Positions 28,453-38,635 of a stretch of 64,000 bases of DNA are shown here, in pieces. The first letter of the stretch is position 1. Every line of letters begins with the position of its first letter. The translations under genes and the position numbers were made by a program. Below the pieces are notes generated by a model. That model saw only the letters and a program-made list of their open reading frames with translations. It was not told the DNA's origin and ran no database searches. This DNA is from Aeriscardovia sp. (GTDB lineage: Bacteria > Actinomycetota > Actinomycetes > Actinomycetales > Bifidobacteriaceae). The stretch covers positions 20,882-84,881 of the forward strand of contig JAFPUC010000004.1 of the NCBI GenBank assembly GCA_017413255.1, in the 5' to 3' direction.

Positions 28453-31065
28453 TTAAGTAAAGAGGGAGAGGGTTATAGGCTTTAAAAGCTCGGCTCCGGG
28501 AAGAGTGGAAAGGGCCTGGAGAACGGAGGCGGCCGGGACAAAGTAGCCGAGATCTACAAGGGCCTGGGCCGCCAATTTGGCCACTTTAATTCCGGGAAGG
28601 TCGGGGTAGGCGGGAATGGATCTCTCTTTGAGAAGGGCCGGCAGCTCTTGGGGATCGGGAAGGGGGATATGGGAAGAGCGGGCGACTTTTTCCAAAATCC
28701 ATCTCTCAGTGCGTATGGAGTGTTCGGAGGCGTCCAGGGCGCAGGCCAGCTGATAACAAGCGGAGGCCAGGGGGAGATCTTCTTCCATCCAAAAGCAATA
28801 TCCCAGGTTCCTGTAAGCCATGGCTATATGCTTATTTTCCACCGATACTTCCAGCATATTCCCCGCAGCCGCTCTGGCAGCTTCCCAATCTTTTAGGCGC
28901 GTAAGTTCCTTGTACTGATTTAAGTGGGCAAGGGGCGTGGCGGGGGCGTGGAGAACCTGCCAGTTGGCGTGCTCAAGCGCTCCAACTCCATCGAGTTTTG
29001 AAATCATCTCTTCCAAGGCGACGTGAGCTGAAAAAAGCGAGTTGGGAAGAAGAACCGTGTACTCCCCTCCTGAAGAGAGGAACTTGTTGTAGACGATCCT
29101 TTCTTCGTAGGTTCCAAAGTAACGGGCAGGAGCCATGGGGGAAATATCAAATTCCTTTTCGGCCCGTTTCACTTCTTCCTCCAGAAAGTGCACGGCGTTT
29201 AAAGATGTGGACCTGTTTATAAAGAGCTTCTCAGCTTCGATCTGGGCCTCTTTTAACCTTTTTTCCAGCTCAAAGTCAAAACCGGAGACCGTTTTCCCCT
29301 CTTTGACGGCCGATTCTGTCACGTCTCCTGCCAGCTTTAATTCGGGATCGGGCAAAAGTTTGCAGATGGCGTGAATTTTTTCTACAGCCCGGTCCTTTTC
29401 CACATTTCCATTTTTTGTAAGGCCTACTAGGGACTTAAAAGTCTCGCAGGCCTTCTCCATTACCTTTTCCCTTTCTATAGACAAATCGGCAACGAAGTGA
29501 GTGCCTAAAGCCGGGACGAATTTCTTTGGGATTTCATCCCGGCTGCTTTCGGGGTACAGGTAGTTATTCATCGAAAGCTCAAAGGAGGGATCGTATTCTT
29601 TGAGGAACCAGTACCAAGTGGGCTCAAAGAGGCGGTCGGCTCCCAAAGGTGTAAAATACGGGCTTTTAACCATTTCCCCTACAAAGTGGGAATTGAAGAA
29701 GTCCTGGACGCTTTTTTCTTTTTCCCCATTCAAAAAGTCATCCCTTTCAAAGCTTCCTCTGGCCAGAAATACGAAAGAATCTGCCCCATGATCCTCGGAA
29801 GGGCGGAAATCGCTTTCAATAAGCAGATCCAATTTTTTAATGGATCTGCCAACCGCAAATACCGTGCAGCAAAGCGCCCTTGCCACTGAAAGGGAGTAGA
29901 GGAAAAGGAGATATCTTTTGCCAAGCGGGTGGGGGGACAAAAAGGTTGGGATGAGGTTTGGGCCGCCTATAGTCATGCGCAGGGCTGCTCGGTCGGCATG
30001 GGAAGATAAAGCGACGCTGTATTTAACGGGCAAAGGAAGCCGGAAAGAATCGGCCACAGAGAAGAAAGTTTTTCTAAAACTCCATTCTCCCTCCGGCTCC
30101 AAAGAGGAAGCGGATATTTCCCGGGCTTTTTGGGAGGCGTATCGCATCAAATTTTCTTCGCTTTTAAGGTCAGAGAAGGCAAAGGGATTTTTCAATGCTT
30201 CCTGCATGACGTCTAAAAACCTGTAAAGCCCTACAGGGAAAGGAAGAACGGAGGCAGTGAAACGGCAAAGGTTGACGGCGGCCTCAAATTCGCATAGCGC
30301 ATTTTCAAGTTCCGGCACGGAAGAAGAAAAACTCCAGCTCCCGTTTTGCAGGGAAAACGAGATGGGCTCCTTATCTTCCGTCTCATAGGGGAAGTCTTTC
30401 TTTAGGAAGTTTGTGGCAATATAGGCCGCCTTTTCAAAGCCACAGGTGCGAAGGCCGAAAGTCTTGCACATTCCCATCTCGTTTTCAAGGCTTGAAATGG
30501 CGCTTCTGGGCAACTGGGTCAAAAAATGATAGGGGACAGATTCTTCCGGAGAAACCAAAGGAAAGCTGCAAAGAAGAGAGGGAAGGTATTCTCCCATGAA
30601 AAGGGTAGAAAGAAAAGCGGGGAAAGAGAGGGAGGTGAGGGCGCTTTTAGGCAGGGGAAGCCTGATGCCTTCGAGCCCCCATCTTTTGCCCTCTCTTTTC
30701 GCCCTTCCCAGAGGGAGAAAATTACCGAAAGAATCGGGTATCTGGGCAACCTCCCCCCCGCGCCCGTCAGGCTTGAGCGTGACGACTTGCACTTTCTTAA
30801 CTAAATTTTTCAGTCTGGGCAGCGGCCTTATTTCATTTTTCTCAGCTACCGCCAGGGGAAGGATGCGTGAGCCTTTTACAAAGCCCATCGCAACCTTTCT
30901 TCCGGGCAGAATGCAATAGCCTACCTCTACCTCAAGGCCTAAGGGAAGGCGCACGATGCGCAGGGGGAAGGGGACTTTTTTCATGCCTGAAAGCTTGGAA
31001 AGCAAAAGCTTCATTTCCCTCCCGGCCTTCTTTTGGGCCGGATTTAGTTTTCTTTCAGTCTTCAT
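28453..31065 (-). CDS. Large hypothetical protein (870 aa) with a TPR-like C-terminal region
   Basis: The long ORF has host-like composition and starts 11 nt before the def stop. I recognise no catalytic or nucleotide-binding motif. Confidence 0.7.
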   Translation of the reverse strand: MKTERKLNPAQKKAGREMKLLLSKLSGMKKVPFPLRIVRLPLGLEVEVGYCILPGRKVAMGFVKGSRILPLAVAEKNEIRPLPRLKNLVKKVQVVTLKPDGRGGEVAQIPDSFGNFLPLGRAKREGKRWGLEGIRLPLPKSALTSLSFPAFLSTLFMGEYLPSLLCSFPLVSPEESVPYHFLTQLPRSAISSLENEMGMCKTFGLRTCGFEKAAYIATNFLKKDFPYETEDKEPISFSLQNGSWSFSSSVPELENALCEFEAAVNLCRFTASVLPFPVGLYRFLDVMQEALKNPFAFSDLKSEENLMRYASQKAREISASSLEPEGEWSFRKTFFSVADSFRLPLPVKYSVALSSHADRAALRMTIGGPNLIPTFLSPHPLGKRYLLFLYSLSVARALCCTVFAVGRSIKKLDLLIESDFRPSEDHGADSFVFLARGSFERDDFLNGEKEKSVQDFFNSHFVGEMVKSPYFTPLGADRLFEPTWYWFLKEYDPSFELSMNNYLYPESSRDEIPKKFVPALGTHFVADLSIEREKVMEKACETFKSLVGLTKNGNVEKDRAVEKIHAICKLLPDPELKLAGDVTESAVKEGKTVSGFDFELEKRLKEAQIEAEKLFINRSTSLNAVHFLEEEVKRAEKEFDISPMAPARYFGTYEERIVYNKFLSSGGEYTVLLPNSLFSAHVALEEMISKLDGVGALEHANWQVLHAPATPLAHLNQYKELTRLKDWEAARAAAGNMLEVSVENKHIAMAYRNLGYCFWMEEDLPLASACYQLACALDASEHSIRTERWILEKVARSSHIPLPDPQELPALLKERSIPAYPDLPGIKVAKLAAQALVDLGYFVPAASVLQALSTLPGAELLKPITLSLFT

Positions 31066-31768
31066 CGTTCTTCATCTTAAGTGAAAATCCAAGCTCTTTT
31101 TTTGCTCTGGAAATTGAATAAGGGAATAAAAACTTCTCGCAGTTGTCGTTGGAAGCGAAGGATCTGGTTATGCACTTATCGAAATAAAGAGTGCCGGAAA
31201 GGTGGTCCGTCTCATGTTGAAAAATGCGGGCAGGCCAGCCGTGAAGCTTTTTTGTATGCTCCTCCCCCTTTTCGTCTTCCCACCTGGCTTCTATATCCAG
31301 ATACCTTCCCACCACCGCCTGAAATCCCGGAAAAGAGAGGCATCCCTCGTAAAAATATGCCTTTTTTGACGTTACGGGTTCATAAGACGGGTTTATTGCC
31401 ACAAGAAAAGGAAGTTCCGAAAACTCCCTCTCGTCCCTTTTTCCCTTTTCTATCCTCCCCTCTTCTTTCAGCTCTCCTTCGATGCCGGCGCCTTTCCTTC
31501 TGGCCCCGGCCACATGGTCCTCCATTATGGCAAAAGAAAAAGGAAGCCCCACCTGGGGGGCGGCCAATCCCACTCCGGGTTTTGAAAGCATGCAAGATCG
31601 CATGGAATAAATAAGCTTTTCAAAGATTTGGGGGGAGATCTGCCCCTCATACCTCGCGCATTTTTTTCTTAAAACAGGATCTCCCACTTCCACTACTGAC
31701 AGGCCTCTCCATTTGGCCTTCTTTACCGTCTTTTCAACAATTTTCGTCAGGCTTTCATCCACAGCCAT
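31055..31768 (-). CDS. def: Peptide deformylase (with a charged insertion)
   Basis: GVGLAAPQVG, EGCLSFPG and QHETDHLSG motifs. A ~35-aa Lys/Glu-rich insert lies between motifs 1 and 2. Confidence 0.9.
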   Translation of the reverse strand: MAVDESLTKIVEKTVKKAKWRGLSVVEVGDPVLRKKCARYEGQISPQIFEKLIYSMRSCMLSKPGVGLAAPQVGLPFSFAIMEDHVAGARRKGAGIEGELKEEGRIEKGKRDEREFSELPFLVAINPSYEPVTSKKAYFYEGCLSFPGFQAVVGRYLDIEARWEDEKGEEHTKKLHGWPARIFQHETDHLSGTLYFDKCITRSFASNDNCEKFLFPYSISRAKKELGFSLKMKNDED

Positions 31769-31899
31769 TTGCGCGCTGTCCTTTCGGCAATCTCAAAACT
31801 TATTTTACCTTTTGCAGCTTTTCAATCCCTTTGCCCGGCTTAATGGGGCCGTCATTAAAATGAGTAAATAAAGGTGTAAGGGACGGGAGAAAAATAAAA

Positions 31900-32718
31900 A
31901 TGGATTTTGAGGGAGCCGGGGCCGTAGTGACTGGAGCCGGAAGCGGAATTGGCAAGCTCATAGCCAAAAAACTGGCCTCCCAGGGAGCGAAAGTGGCGGC
32001 GTGGGACATAGACGGCCCTGCAGTCAGAGAGACCGTAAAGGAAATAAGGGATATGGGCGGGGAAGGCGCCTGCTTTGAAGTTGACTGCGGAGACTTCGAG
32101 CAGGTGGCGAAAGCTTCAAAGGCTTCCATTAGGTTTTTAGGCAGGCTAAACATTTTGGTAAACAATGCCGGAGTTGTGGCCGGGAAAAACTTTGAAGAGC
32201 TAAGCGAAATAGAGATAGAGAGGGTGTTTAAAGTAAACGCCCTGTCCCTGTTTTGGACCAATAAAGCTTTTTTAAAGTATCTGAAACAATCCAGACGCTC
32301 CATAAGCGTTACGGTGGCCTCGGCGGCCGGCCTTATAGGAAGCGCCCGGCTTACGGCCTACAGCGCCAGCAAATTTGCGGCGGTGGGCTTTACTTCGTCT
32401 TTCAGAAACGAGCTCAAGAAGGAAAAATGCCAGGTAAGAACTTTGCTGGTGTGCCCTTTTTATATAAACACGGGGATGTTTGAAGGGGTTAAAACAAAAA
32501 TTCCCTTCCTTTTGCCTATCTTAAAACCTGAAAGTGTGGCGGACAAAATAGTAGAAGCCATAAACAAGGGCAAAGAAAGACTGATTTTACCCCCCTTTGC
32601 GGCCCTTGCCGGCTTCGTTGCCAACTGCCCTGTTTTTCTTGCAGACAGAATAGAAAATATCTTTGGCATAAATTCATGCATGGATGAGTTTGTGGGAAGG
32701 AAAAAAGAAAATGATTGA
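31900..32718 (+). CDS. Short-chain dehydrogenase/reductase (SDR) family oxidoreductase
   Basis: TGAGSGIGK cofactor motif, NNAG, and the catalytic YSASK. Confidence 0.85.
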   Translation: MDFEGAGAVVTGAGSGIGKLIAKKLASQGAKVAAWDIDGPAVRETVKEIRDMGGEGACFEVDCGDFEQVAKASKASIRFLGRLNILVNNAGVVAGKNFEELSEIEIERVFKVNALSLFWTNKAFLKYLKQSRRSISVTVASAAGLIGSARLTAYSASKFAAVGFTSSFRNELKKEKCQVRTLLVCPFYINTGMFEGVKTKIPFLLPILKPESVADKIVEAINKGKERLILPPFAALAGFVANCPVFLADRIENIFGINSCMDEFVGRKKEND

Positions 32719-34132
32719 ATCTAGTCCAAGGACTATAGAAGACACCGTAAAAAAGATGAACGAGAGCTTTAGGAGCCAAGAGTGCCTTCCGCTCTCCCAC
32801 AGAGCTTCACAGCTTCGCGCCCTTAAAAGGATGCTCAGAGACAACGCCGAGGCGCTTTGCTCTGCAGTCCACAAGGACCTTGGAAAACCCAGGGAAGAAA
32901 CCCTGATGATGGAAATAGGGCTTGTAATAAATGAAATCAACTACGTGCTTCCCAGAATGAGGTGCTGGGCATCTAGGCACTATCTTCTTCCCCCGTGGGC
33001 CACCTGGCCCGCCTGCAGCTGGACCAAGTGCGAACCTGAAGGGGTGGCGCTGATAATTTCCCCGTGGAACTACCCCATTCTCCTTTCCCTGGAACCCATG
33101 GTAGATGCGATCGCAGCAGGATGCCCCGTCATCTTAAAGCCTTCCGATATCTCCCCCAACACAAGCGAAAAGTTGGAAGAGCTTTTAAGCGAATACATGG
33201 ATACGAACCAGATCCAAGTCCTTCAGGGGGGGAGGGCCGTGAACCAAAAGCTCCTCTCGCACCACTTCGGGCGCCTCTTCTTTACGGGAGGCAAAAAAGT
33301 GGGTTCCATTTTGATGGGTCTGGCGGCCAAAACCCTGACCCCGGTCACGCTGGAGCTGGGAGGCAAAAGCCCCTGCTACGTGGGAGCTTCTTCTAACCTC
33401 AAGGCCGTGGCCAGAAGGATTGCATGGGGAAAGTTTATAAATGCGGGCCAAACCTGCGTGGCTCCCGACTACTGCCTGACAAGCAGGGAACTTGCAGAAC
33501 CTTTGGCCCGGGAAATAGGGAAAGCCCTTGAAAGGTTCTTCGGCCCGGATCCCAGGGAGAGCGAAAGCTACGGCAGGATCATAAGCGATCGCCAGTTCGA
33601 CAGGCTGATTTCCCTCCTTCCCAGCTCCGATCCTCTGGCAGGCTCCCTGGCCTTTGGGGGCTCCTTTGACAAAGATGAGCGCTATATCGCCCCCACGGTG
33701 CTTGTAGACTGCGATTCGCGCTGCAAAGCGATGCAAGATGAGATCTTCGGTCCGATCTTTCCGATAGTGTGCGTAAAAGACGCAGTAGATGCCATAGATT
33801 TTATAAACGACAGGCCGGATCCTTTGGCACTCTACGTCTTTGACAAAAATCCAAAGATACAGAAGATGTTTGAAAAAAGGACGCAGAGCGGCTCGCTTGA
33901 GATAAATGTCACTTTGGCCCAGCTTTCTTCAAGCCGCCTTCCCTTTGGGGGCATTGGAGAGAGCGGGATGGGGCACTATCACGGCAAAGCCGGATTTTTG
34001 GAATTTAGCCACACGAAAAGCGTTATGGAAAAGCCCCTCTGGCCCGAAACCCTGAGGTTTGTCATGCCTCCCTATGACAAGCTCAAAGACGCTCTGGTGT
34101 CTTTGGTGAGCAATACCCCCTTCAAGAGGTAG
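32711..34132 (+). CDS. Aldehyde dehydrogenase family protein (class 3-like)
   Basis: ELGGKSP, GQTCVAPDY (catalytic Cys) and FGGIGESGMGHYHG. The ATG at 32711 overlaps the SDR stop by 8 nt. The ORF track starts at 32684. Confidence 0.9.
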   Translation: MIESSPRTIEDTVKKMNESFRSQECLPLSHRASQLRALKRMLRDNAEALCSAVHKDLGKPREETLMMEIGLVINEINYVLPRMRCWASRHYLLPPWATWPACSWTKCEPEGVALIISPWNYPILLSLEPMVDAIAAGCPVILKPSDISPNTSEKLEELLSEYMDTNQIQVLQGGRAVNQKLLSHHFGRLFFTGGKKVGSILMGLAAKTLTPVTLELGGKSPCYVGASSNLKAVARRIAWGKFINAGQTCVAPDYCLTSRELAEPLAREIGKALERFFGPDPRESESYGRIISDRQFDRLISLLPSSDPLAGSLAFGGSFDKDERYIAPTVLVDCDSRCKAMQDEIFGPIFPIVCVKDAVDAIDFINDRPDPLALYVFDKNPKIQKMFEKRTQSGSLEINVTLAQLSSSRLPFGGIGESGMGHYHGKAGFLEFSHTKSVMEKPLWPETLRFVMPPYDKLKDALVSLVSNTPFKR

Positions 34133-34137
34133 AAGGC

Positions 34138-34170
34138 AAAAAAAGAAGGGGGCCATGCCCCCTTTACTTT
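34138..34170. terminator. Bidirectional Rho-independent terminator between the convergent aldehyde dehydrogenase and pepN genes
   Basis: Stem GGGGGC/GCCCCC (34148-34162), flanked by an A-run on the left and a T-rich tract on the right. Confidence 0.55.
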
Positions 34171-34180
34171 TACAAGGGCG

Positions 34181-36790
34181 TTACTTTAGAGAGTTATTGT
34201 ACTTTTCTACCGCCATACGCCTCTTGGACTTGGCGAGGTTGTCTTCGACGATTCCCTTAAGAGCCTTGGGGGCATCGGGGTTGTCTGTCAGCCACTTTTC
34301 GCCTGCGGCCACTACCTGTGCGCTGGGGGCGTTGTAAGGATAGAGGCTGTAGTAGCTAACGCATGAACCCAGGAGGGTTTCTGCCATGTGGAAGGTCCTC
34401 TTGCTCCAGACGGAGTTGATGTTTTCAAAGTAGAGGTCCACATAAGGCTCGTAGAGGGCAGGGTCCTCATTTCCTGCAAATCCCGTCACTACGCATCCTA
34501 ACTGGGAGTTGGTGAGGCTGAGGTTATTTATGGCCTGATCCCAGGCCCAGGCCTTGGCTTCCTTGGTGGGCTGGATGGCTCTGGCCTTGTAGGCAAACTC
34601 CTTGTTTTGAATGGATTCGTCCATGGAGAGCTGCTCGTTTATTTCGTTTTGATCTACCGCTCCCATGTGAGCTAGGGCTATTACGATGCTCCAGCGCATG
34701 TTGTTGTCAACTTCAAAGCCAGGCAGAGTGATAGAGCCGCTCAAAAGCCCTCTGGCATTGCTCTCAAAAGCGGGGTCGGTTCCCAAGGAGAGGTAGGCGT
34801 CTACTAGCTGGAACTGGCGATCGCTTCCGGGCTCGGCGCTGGAGGCCATCTTCCAGAACCTCTTGTCGGCCTCTTCCAGCATCTTGGCCCTCTTGTCGGA
34901 AGGAACATACTCCTGAACGGCTATAAGAAGGTTCTTTAGCATGGTCCTAAAGACGGTGGACTGGGTTTCGGTTTCAAGCTGGGAGAAAATGACCTCTACA
35001 AACTTCTCGGCCGGATACTCCCCGTCGCGGGTCATATCCCAAAGGGCAAGGCAGGTTATGGCCCTGGCCAAGGGGTCTTCAAAGTCGGCTATGTGCTCCT
35101 CTAGGAAGGCAAGAGACTTGGGGTCGAAGCGAAGCTTGGCATAAGTGAGGTCCTCGTCGTTTATGAGTATGAAGTCGGGCCTCTTTTGTCCTTCTATTTC
35201 AAAGATTTCGGTCTCAGCTTCCGGCTTTACCTCGGCATCGAACATGCACTCGCGCTTTACGGTATTCCTGTCCAGATTGTAGAAGCCCACTTCGATCCTG
35301 TGGGGCCTGAGCACTCCGTTGCCTGCGGAGGGCTTTTGCTGGATCTTAAAGCTCGTGATGATGCCGTCCCCGTTGGTTTCCATCTTGGTGGTGAGGGTGT
35401 TAATGCCGCTGGTCTCCAGCCAGAGCTTAGCCCAAGAATCTAGATCCCTTCCGCTGGAAGCGTTGAGCTCAGAAAGAAGATCTTTAAGGGTGGCGTTGGA
35501 ATAGGCATGGGCGAGAAGGTAGGCGTTGATGGCCCTGAAGAAGTTTTCCCTTCCTACATAGGCCACCAACTGCTTTAGCACGGCAGCACCCTTTGCATAG
35601 GTGATGCCGTCGAAATTGACCTCGGTGTCTGAAATGTCGTTTATGTCAGCCACGATGGGGTGGGTGGTGGGGAGCTGATCTTGCTCCTGGCCCCAGTTCT
35701 TTTCGCCGCACGCGAAGGTTGCCCATTCGTCCTTCCATTCCGTAGCCTCCGCCGCGCAGAGGGTGGACATGAACTCGGCGAAAGATTCGTTAAGCCACAG
35801 GTCGTTCCACCACTTCATGGTGACAAGGTCTCCGAACCACATGTGAGCCAATTCGTGGAGGATGGAGGTGATCCTTCTGTCTTCCAGGGCCTGAGAAACC
35901 TTGGATTGGAACACGTAGGAATCTCTGATGGTGACGTTGGCTATGTTTTCCATGGCCCCGGCGTTGTACTCGGGAACGAAGATCTGATCGTACTTGCTGT
36001 AGGGGTAAGGCACTCCCCAGCACTGAGAGTAGAAGTGGAAGCCTTTTTCGGTTTCGTCAAAGATGTAGGAGGCGTCTTTGCCCAGGCTTTCCTTTATGGA
36101 CTGCCTGCAGTAAAGGCCGAGGTCCAAGTGCTTTCCGTCGATCAGGCGCGTGACCCTCCAGCTGGCATATGGACCGGCGATGAGGGAGGTAAGGTATGTA
36201 GACATAACGGGCGTGGTCTCAAAGGTCCACCTGTCGATGCTCTCCACCCCTTCAGAGCTTGTGCCCTTTTCAGTGTTTCTGTCCAAAGTGACCCTATTGG
36301 CGGCCTTGGTGGTGGAAAGCACGGTCCACGAAGTGGGAGAGTCCACTACGAAGTTAAAAGTGGCCTTGATGTCAGGCTGGTCAAAGCAGGCGTATACCCT
36401 CCTGCAGTCCATCACTTCAAACTGGGAGTAAAGGTAAACCTTGGAATCTGTGGGATCTACGGAACGGTGAAGGCCTTCGCCCGTATGGGAGTAAGGGCAG
36501 AAAGCTTTCACGGTTACAACATTGTGATCGGAAAGGCCCGTCAGGTTGATCCTGCCCTCTTCCACGGCGCTCTCGACGTCTACAGCCTCTCCGTTCAACT
36601 CTATCGAGGTGACTTTTTTAGCTATCAAATCCAAAAAGGTGGAAGGCTTGGTCGCATCAAATTTTATGGTGGACTGAGAGAAGAAGAATTCCTCCCCGCG
36701 GGTGATGTCGACATAGACGTCATAAGAGACGTTCTTTATCGCCTCAGACCTTGCCGCCGCTTCTACCCTTGTCAAAGTCATTCCTGGCAT
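34181..36790 (-). CDS. pepN: Aminopeptidase N (M1 family)
   Basis: GAMEN exopeptidase motif and HELAHMWFGDLVTMKWWNDLWLNESFA (HExxH-18-E). The protein is 869 aa. Confidence 0.95.
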   Translation of the reverse strand: MPGMTLTRVEAAARSEAIKNVSYDVYVDITRGEEFFFSQSTIKFDATKPSTFLDLIAKKVTSIELNGEAVDVESAVEEGRINLTGLSDHNVVTVKAFCPYSHTGEGLHRSVDPTDSKVYLYSQFEVMDCRRVYACFDQPDIKATFNFVVDSPTSWTVLSTTKAANRVTLDRNTEKGTSSEGVESIDRWTFETTPVMSTYLTSLIAGPYASWRVTRLIDGKHLDLGLYCRQSIKESLGKDASYIFDETEKGFHFYSQCWGVPYPYSKYDQIFVPEYNAGAMENIANVTIRDSYVFQSKVSQALEDRRITSILHELAHMWFGDLVTMKWWNDLWLNESFAEFMSTLCAAEATEWKDEWATFACGEKNWGQEQDQLPTTHPIVADINDISDTEVNFDGITYAKGAAVLKQLVAYVGRENFFRAINAYLLAHAYSNATLKDLLSELNASSGRDLDSWAKLWLETSGINTLTTKMETNGDGIITSFKIQQKPSAGNGVLRPHRIEVGFYNLDRNTVKRECMFDAEVKPEAETEIFEIEGQKRPDFILINDEDLTYAKLRFDPKSLAFLEEHIADFEDPLARAITCLALWDMTRDGEYPAEKFVEVIFSQLETETQSTVFRTMLKNLLIAVQEYVPSDKRAKMLEEADKRFWKMASSAEPGSDRQFQLVDAYLSLGTDPAFESNARGLLSGSITLPGFEVDNNMRWSIVIALAHMGAVDQNEINEQLSMDESIQNKEFAYKARAIQPTKEAKAWAWDQAINNLSLTNSQLGCVVTGFAGNEDPALYEPYVDLYFENINSVWSKRTFHMAETLLGSCVSYYSLYPYNAPSAQVVAAGEKWLTDNPDAPKALKGIVEDNLAKSKRRMAVEKYNNSLK

Positions 36791-36814
36791 TTCACTCCTT
36801 TTATCAAAAACGAG

Positions 36815-38605
36815 TTATCTTACTGAACCGACCGAACTTACGGCTGGAATGATTATGGGCTTTCGCTGGGTGTTTCTCCCCAGGTATGCGCTTAGACTGC
36901 GCTTCAGCTCCTGCTCTAACTTCTTTGTGCTCTTCTCTCCTCCCTGCATTTCCGCTCCCACTGCGTCTGCAGCTATCTGTTGGATCCTCTTCAGATCCAC
37001 CTCGCGCTGGAGGAGGGGACTGGCGGAAACGCTGACTTCTCCTACAACTTTACACTTCTTCAAGTCAACCGGTACAAACGCGGAGACGTATCCGTCCGTG
37101 CTTAACTGCCTTCTTTTCTCCAGCTCTTCTTCCGACACTTCTCCCACGCTGGATCCGTCCACATATACGTATTGGCAGGGGACCGATCCCACTATGGAGG
37201 CTTTGGACTTATAAAGATCCACCACATCCCCGTTTCTGGCCAAAATTACGTTTTTGGGATCTACCCCCGTCTTGATTGCCAAGAGGCCGTTTGCCAGCTG
37301 GTGGCGCGCTTCGCCGTGGATGGGCATGGCATTTTTTGGCTGGACGATGTTGTACATGTACAGAAGCTCCCCTGCATCTGCGTGCCCCGAAACGTGTATG
37401 GATGCGTTGTCCTTGTTTACAACGCGCGCTCCAAGGTTTACGAGCTTGTTTATGATGCCGTACACCTCTTTCTCGTTGCCCGGGATAAGGGAGCTTGCCA
37501 ATATTACGGTGTCGTCGTCCCCTACTTCTATATCCCTGTGCCCCCCATTTGCGATCCTGCCCAGGGCTGCCAGGGGCTCTCCCTGGGAGCCTGTGCAGAT
37601 GTAGACGAGCTGGTTGTCTTTGTATTTGCCGACGTCTTTAATGTCTACAACGGAGTCTTTTGGAAGCTTTAAATACCCCAGGTCGGAGGCTATCTGCATG
37701 TTCCTTACCATGCTTCGCCCCACAAACACTACGTGCCTGTGGTATTTGCAGGCGATGTCTACCACCTGCTGGACCCTGTGGACATGGCTGGAAAAGCTCG
37801 CCACCACAATCTTTCCCTTGGCTTCGGAAAAGGCCAGATCCAGCGCGGGGGCCACAGAAATCTCAGGCTTTACAAAGCCCGGAACTTCGGCGTTGGTGGA
37901 GTCCATCATGAGAAGATCCACCCCCTCTTCTCCCTCCCTCGCAAATTCTCGGAGGTTTGTAAGCCTCTTATCGAGGGGGAGCGGATCTATCTTCATGTCC
38001 CCGGTATCTATAATTTTTCCGGCGGGGGTTGTAACCGCTACCGCAAGGGCGTCGGGAATGGAATGGGTCACGGATATGAAGCGCAGGTCGAAAACTCCTG
38101 CCTTAACTTCCTGGCCGTCTTTTACCTCTATGCATTTGGGCTTTAGCTTAAACTCCTCGCACTTTGCCTCCGCCAGGGCCAAGGTGAGCTTGGATCCTAT
38201 TAGGGGGATGTCGGGCCTTTCTCTCAAAAGATAGGGCACGGCCCCTATGTGGTCTTCATGGCCGTGAGTGAGGACTAAGGCCTGCACTTTGTCCAGGCGG
38301 GGGCGGATATAGTCAAAATCCGGGAGAATGAGATCTACGCCGGGCTGTTTTTCGGTGGGGAAAAGCACGCCGCAGTCTATGAGGAGGATCTGGCCGTTGT
38401 ACTCTATGGTATTCATATTGCGGCCGACTTCCCCGAGGCCTCCCAGGGCCACCACCCTCATAGATCCGCGCTTATAAGAGGGGGGCGCTATCAGCTCTTC
38501 GTCCGGCTTTTTCTTCAGAAAATCCGACTTCTTCCTCGTTATGGGTTTTCTTCGAGTCCTGCTTCTTTCAACGGGCGCAGGGCTGCTGCTAGGTTTTTTT
38601 ATCAC
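36815..38605 (-). CDS. rnj: Ribonuclease J
   Basis: Metallo-beta-lactamase motif LTHGHEDHIGA, beta-CASP architecture and a basic N-terminal extension. The start is GTG, with GAAGGA upstream. Confidence 0.9.
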   Translation of the reverse strand: MIKKPSSSPAPVERSRTRRKPITRKKSDFLKKKPDEELIAPPSYKRGSMRVVALGGLGEVGRNMNTIEYNGQILLIDCGVLFPTEKQPGVDLILPDFDYIRPRLDKVQALVLTHGHEDHIGAVPYLLRERPDIPLIGSKLTLALAEAKCEEFKLKPKCIEVKDGQEVKAGVFDLRFISVTHSIPDALAVAVTTPAGKIIDTGDMKIDPLPLDKRLTNLREFAREGEEGVDLLMMDSTNAEVPGFVKPEISVAPALDLAFSEAKGKIVVASFSSHVHRVQQVVDIACKYHRHVVFVGRSMVRNMQIASDLGYLKLPKDSVVDIKDVGKYKDNQLVYICTGSQGEPLAALGRIANGGHRDIEVGDDDTVILASSLIPGNEKEVYGIINKLVNLGARVVNKDNASIHVSGHADAGELLYMYNIVQPKNAMPIHGEARHQLANGLLAIKTGVDPKNVILARNGDVVDLYKSKASIVGSVPCQYVYVDGSSVGEVSEEELEKRRQLSTDGYVSAFVPVDLKKCKVVGEVSVSASPLLQREVDLKRIQQIAADAVGAEMQGGEKSTKKLEQELKRSLSAYLGRNTQRKPIIIPAVSSVGSVR

Positions 38606-38612
38606 AATTCCT

Positions 38613-38622
38613 TCTTTGTAAG
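38613..38622. repeat. Left arm (TCTTTGTAAG) of a 10-bp inverted repeat bracketing the helicase-nuclease module
   Basis: It is the exact reverse complement of 45896-45905. It overlaps the rnj ribosome-binding region. It may be chance. Confidence 0.3.
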
Positions 38623-38635
38623 GGTGCAGCTTTCT

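Noticed and set aside
31800-32303. 167-aa minus-strand ORF overlapping the start of the SDR gene.
   Set aside because: The plus-strand SDR has the TGAGSGIGK and YSASK motifs. The minus ORF is Ser/Pro/Ala-rich, has no motif, and would leave no promoter space.
35660-36826. 388-aa plus-strand ORF.
   Set aside because: It is antisense to pepN, whose GAMEN and HExxH-E motifs are unambiguous. The translation is Gly/Arg/Val-rich and low in information. It is a shadow ORF caused by codon periodicity.
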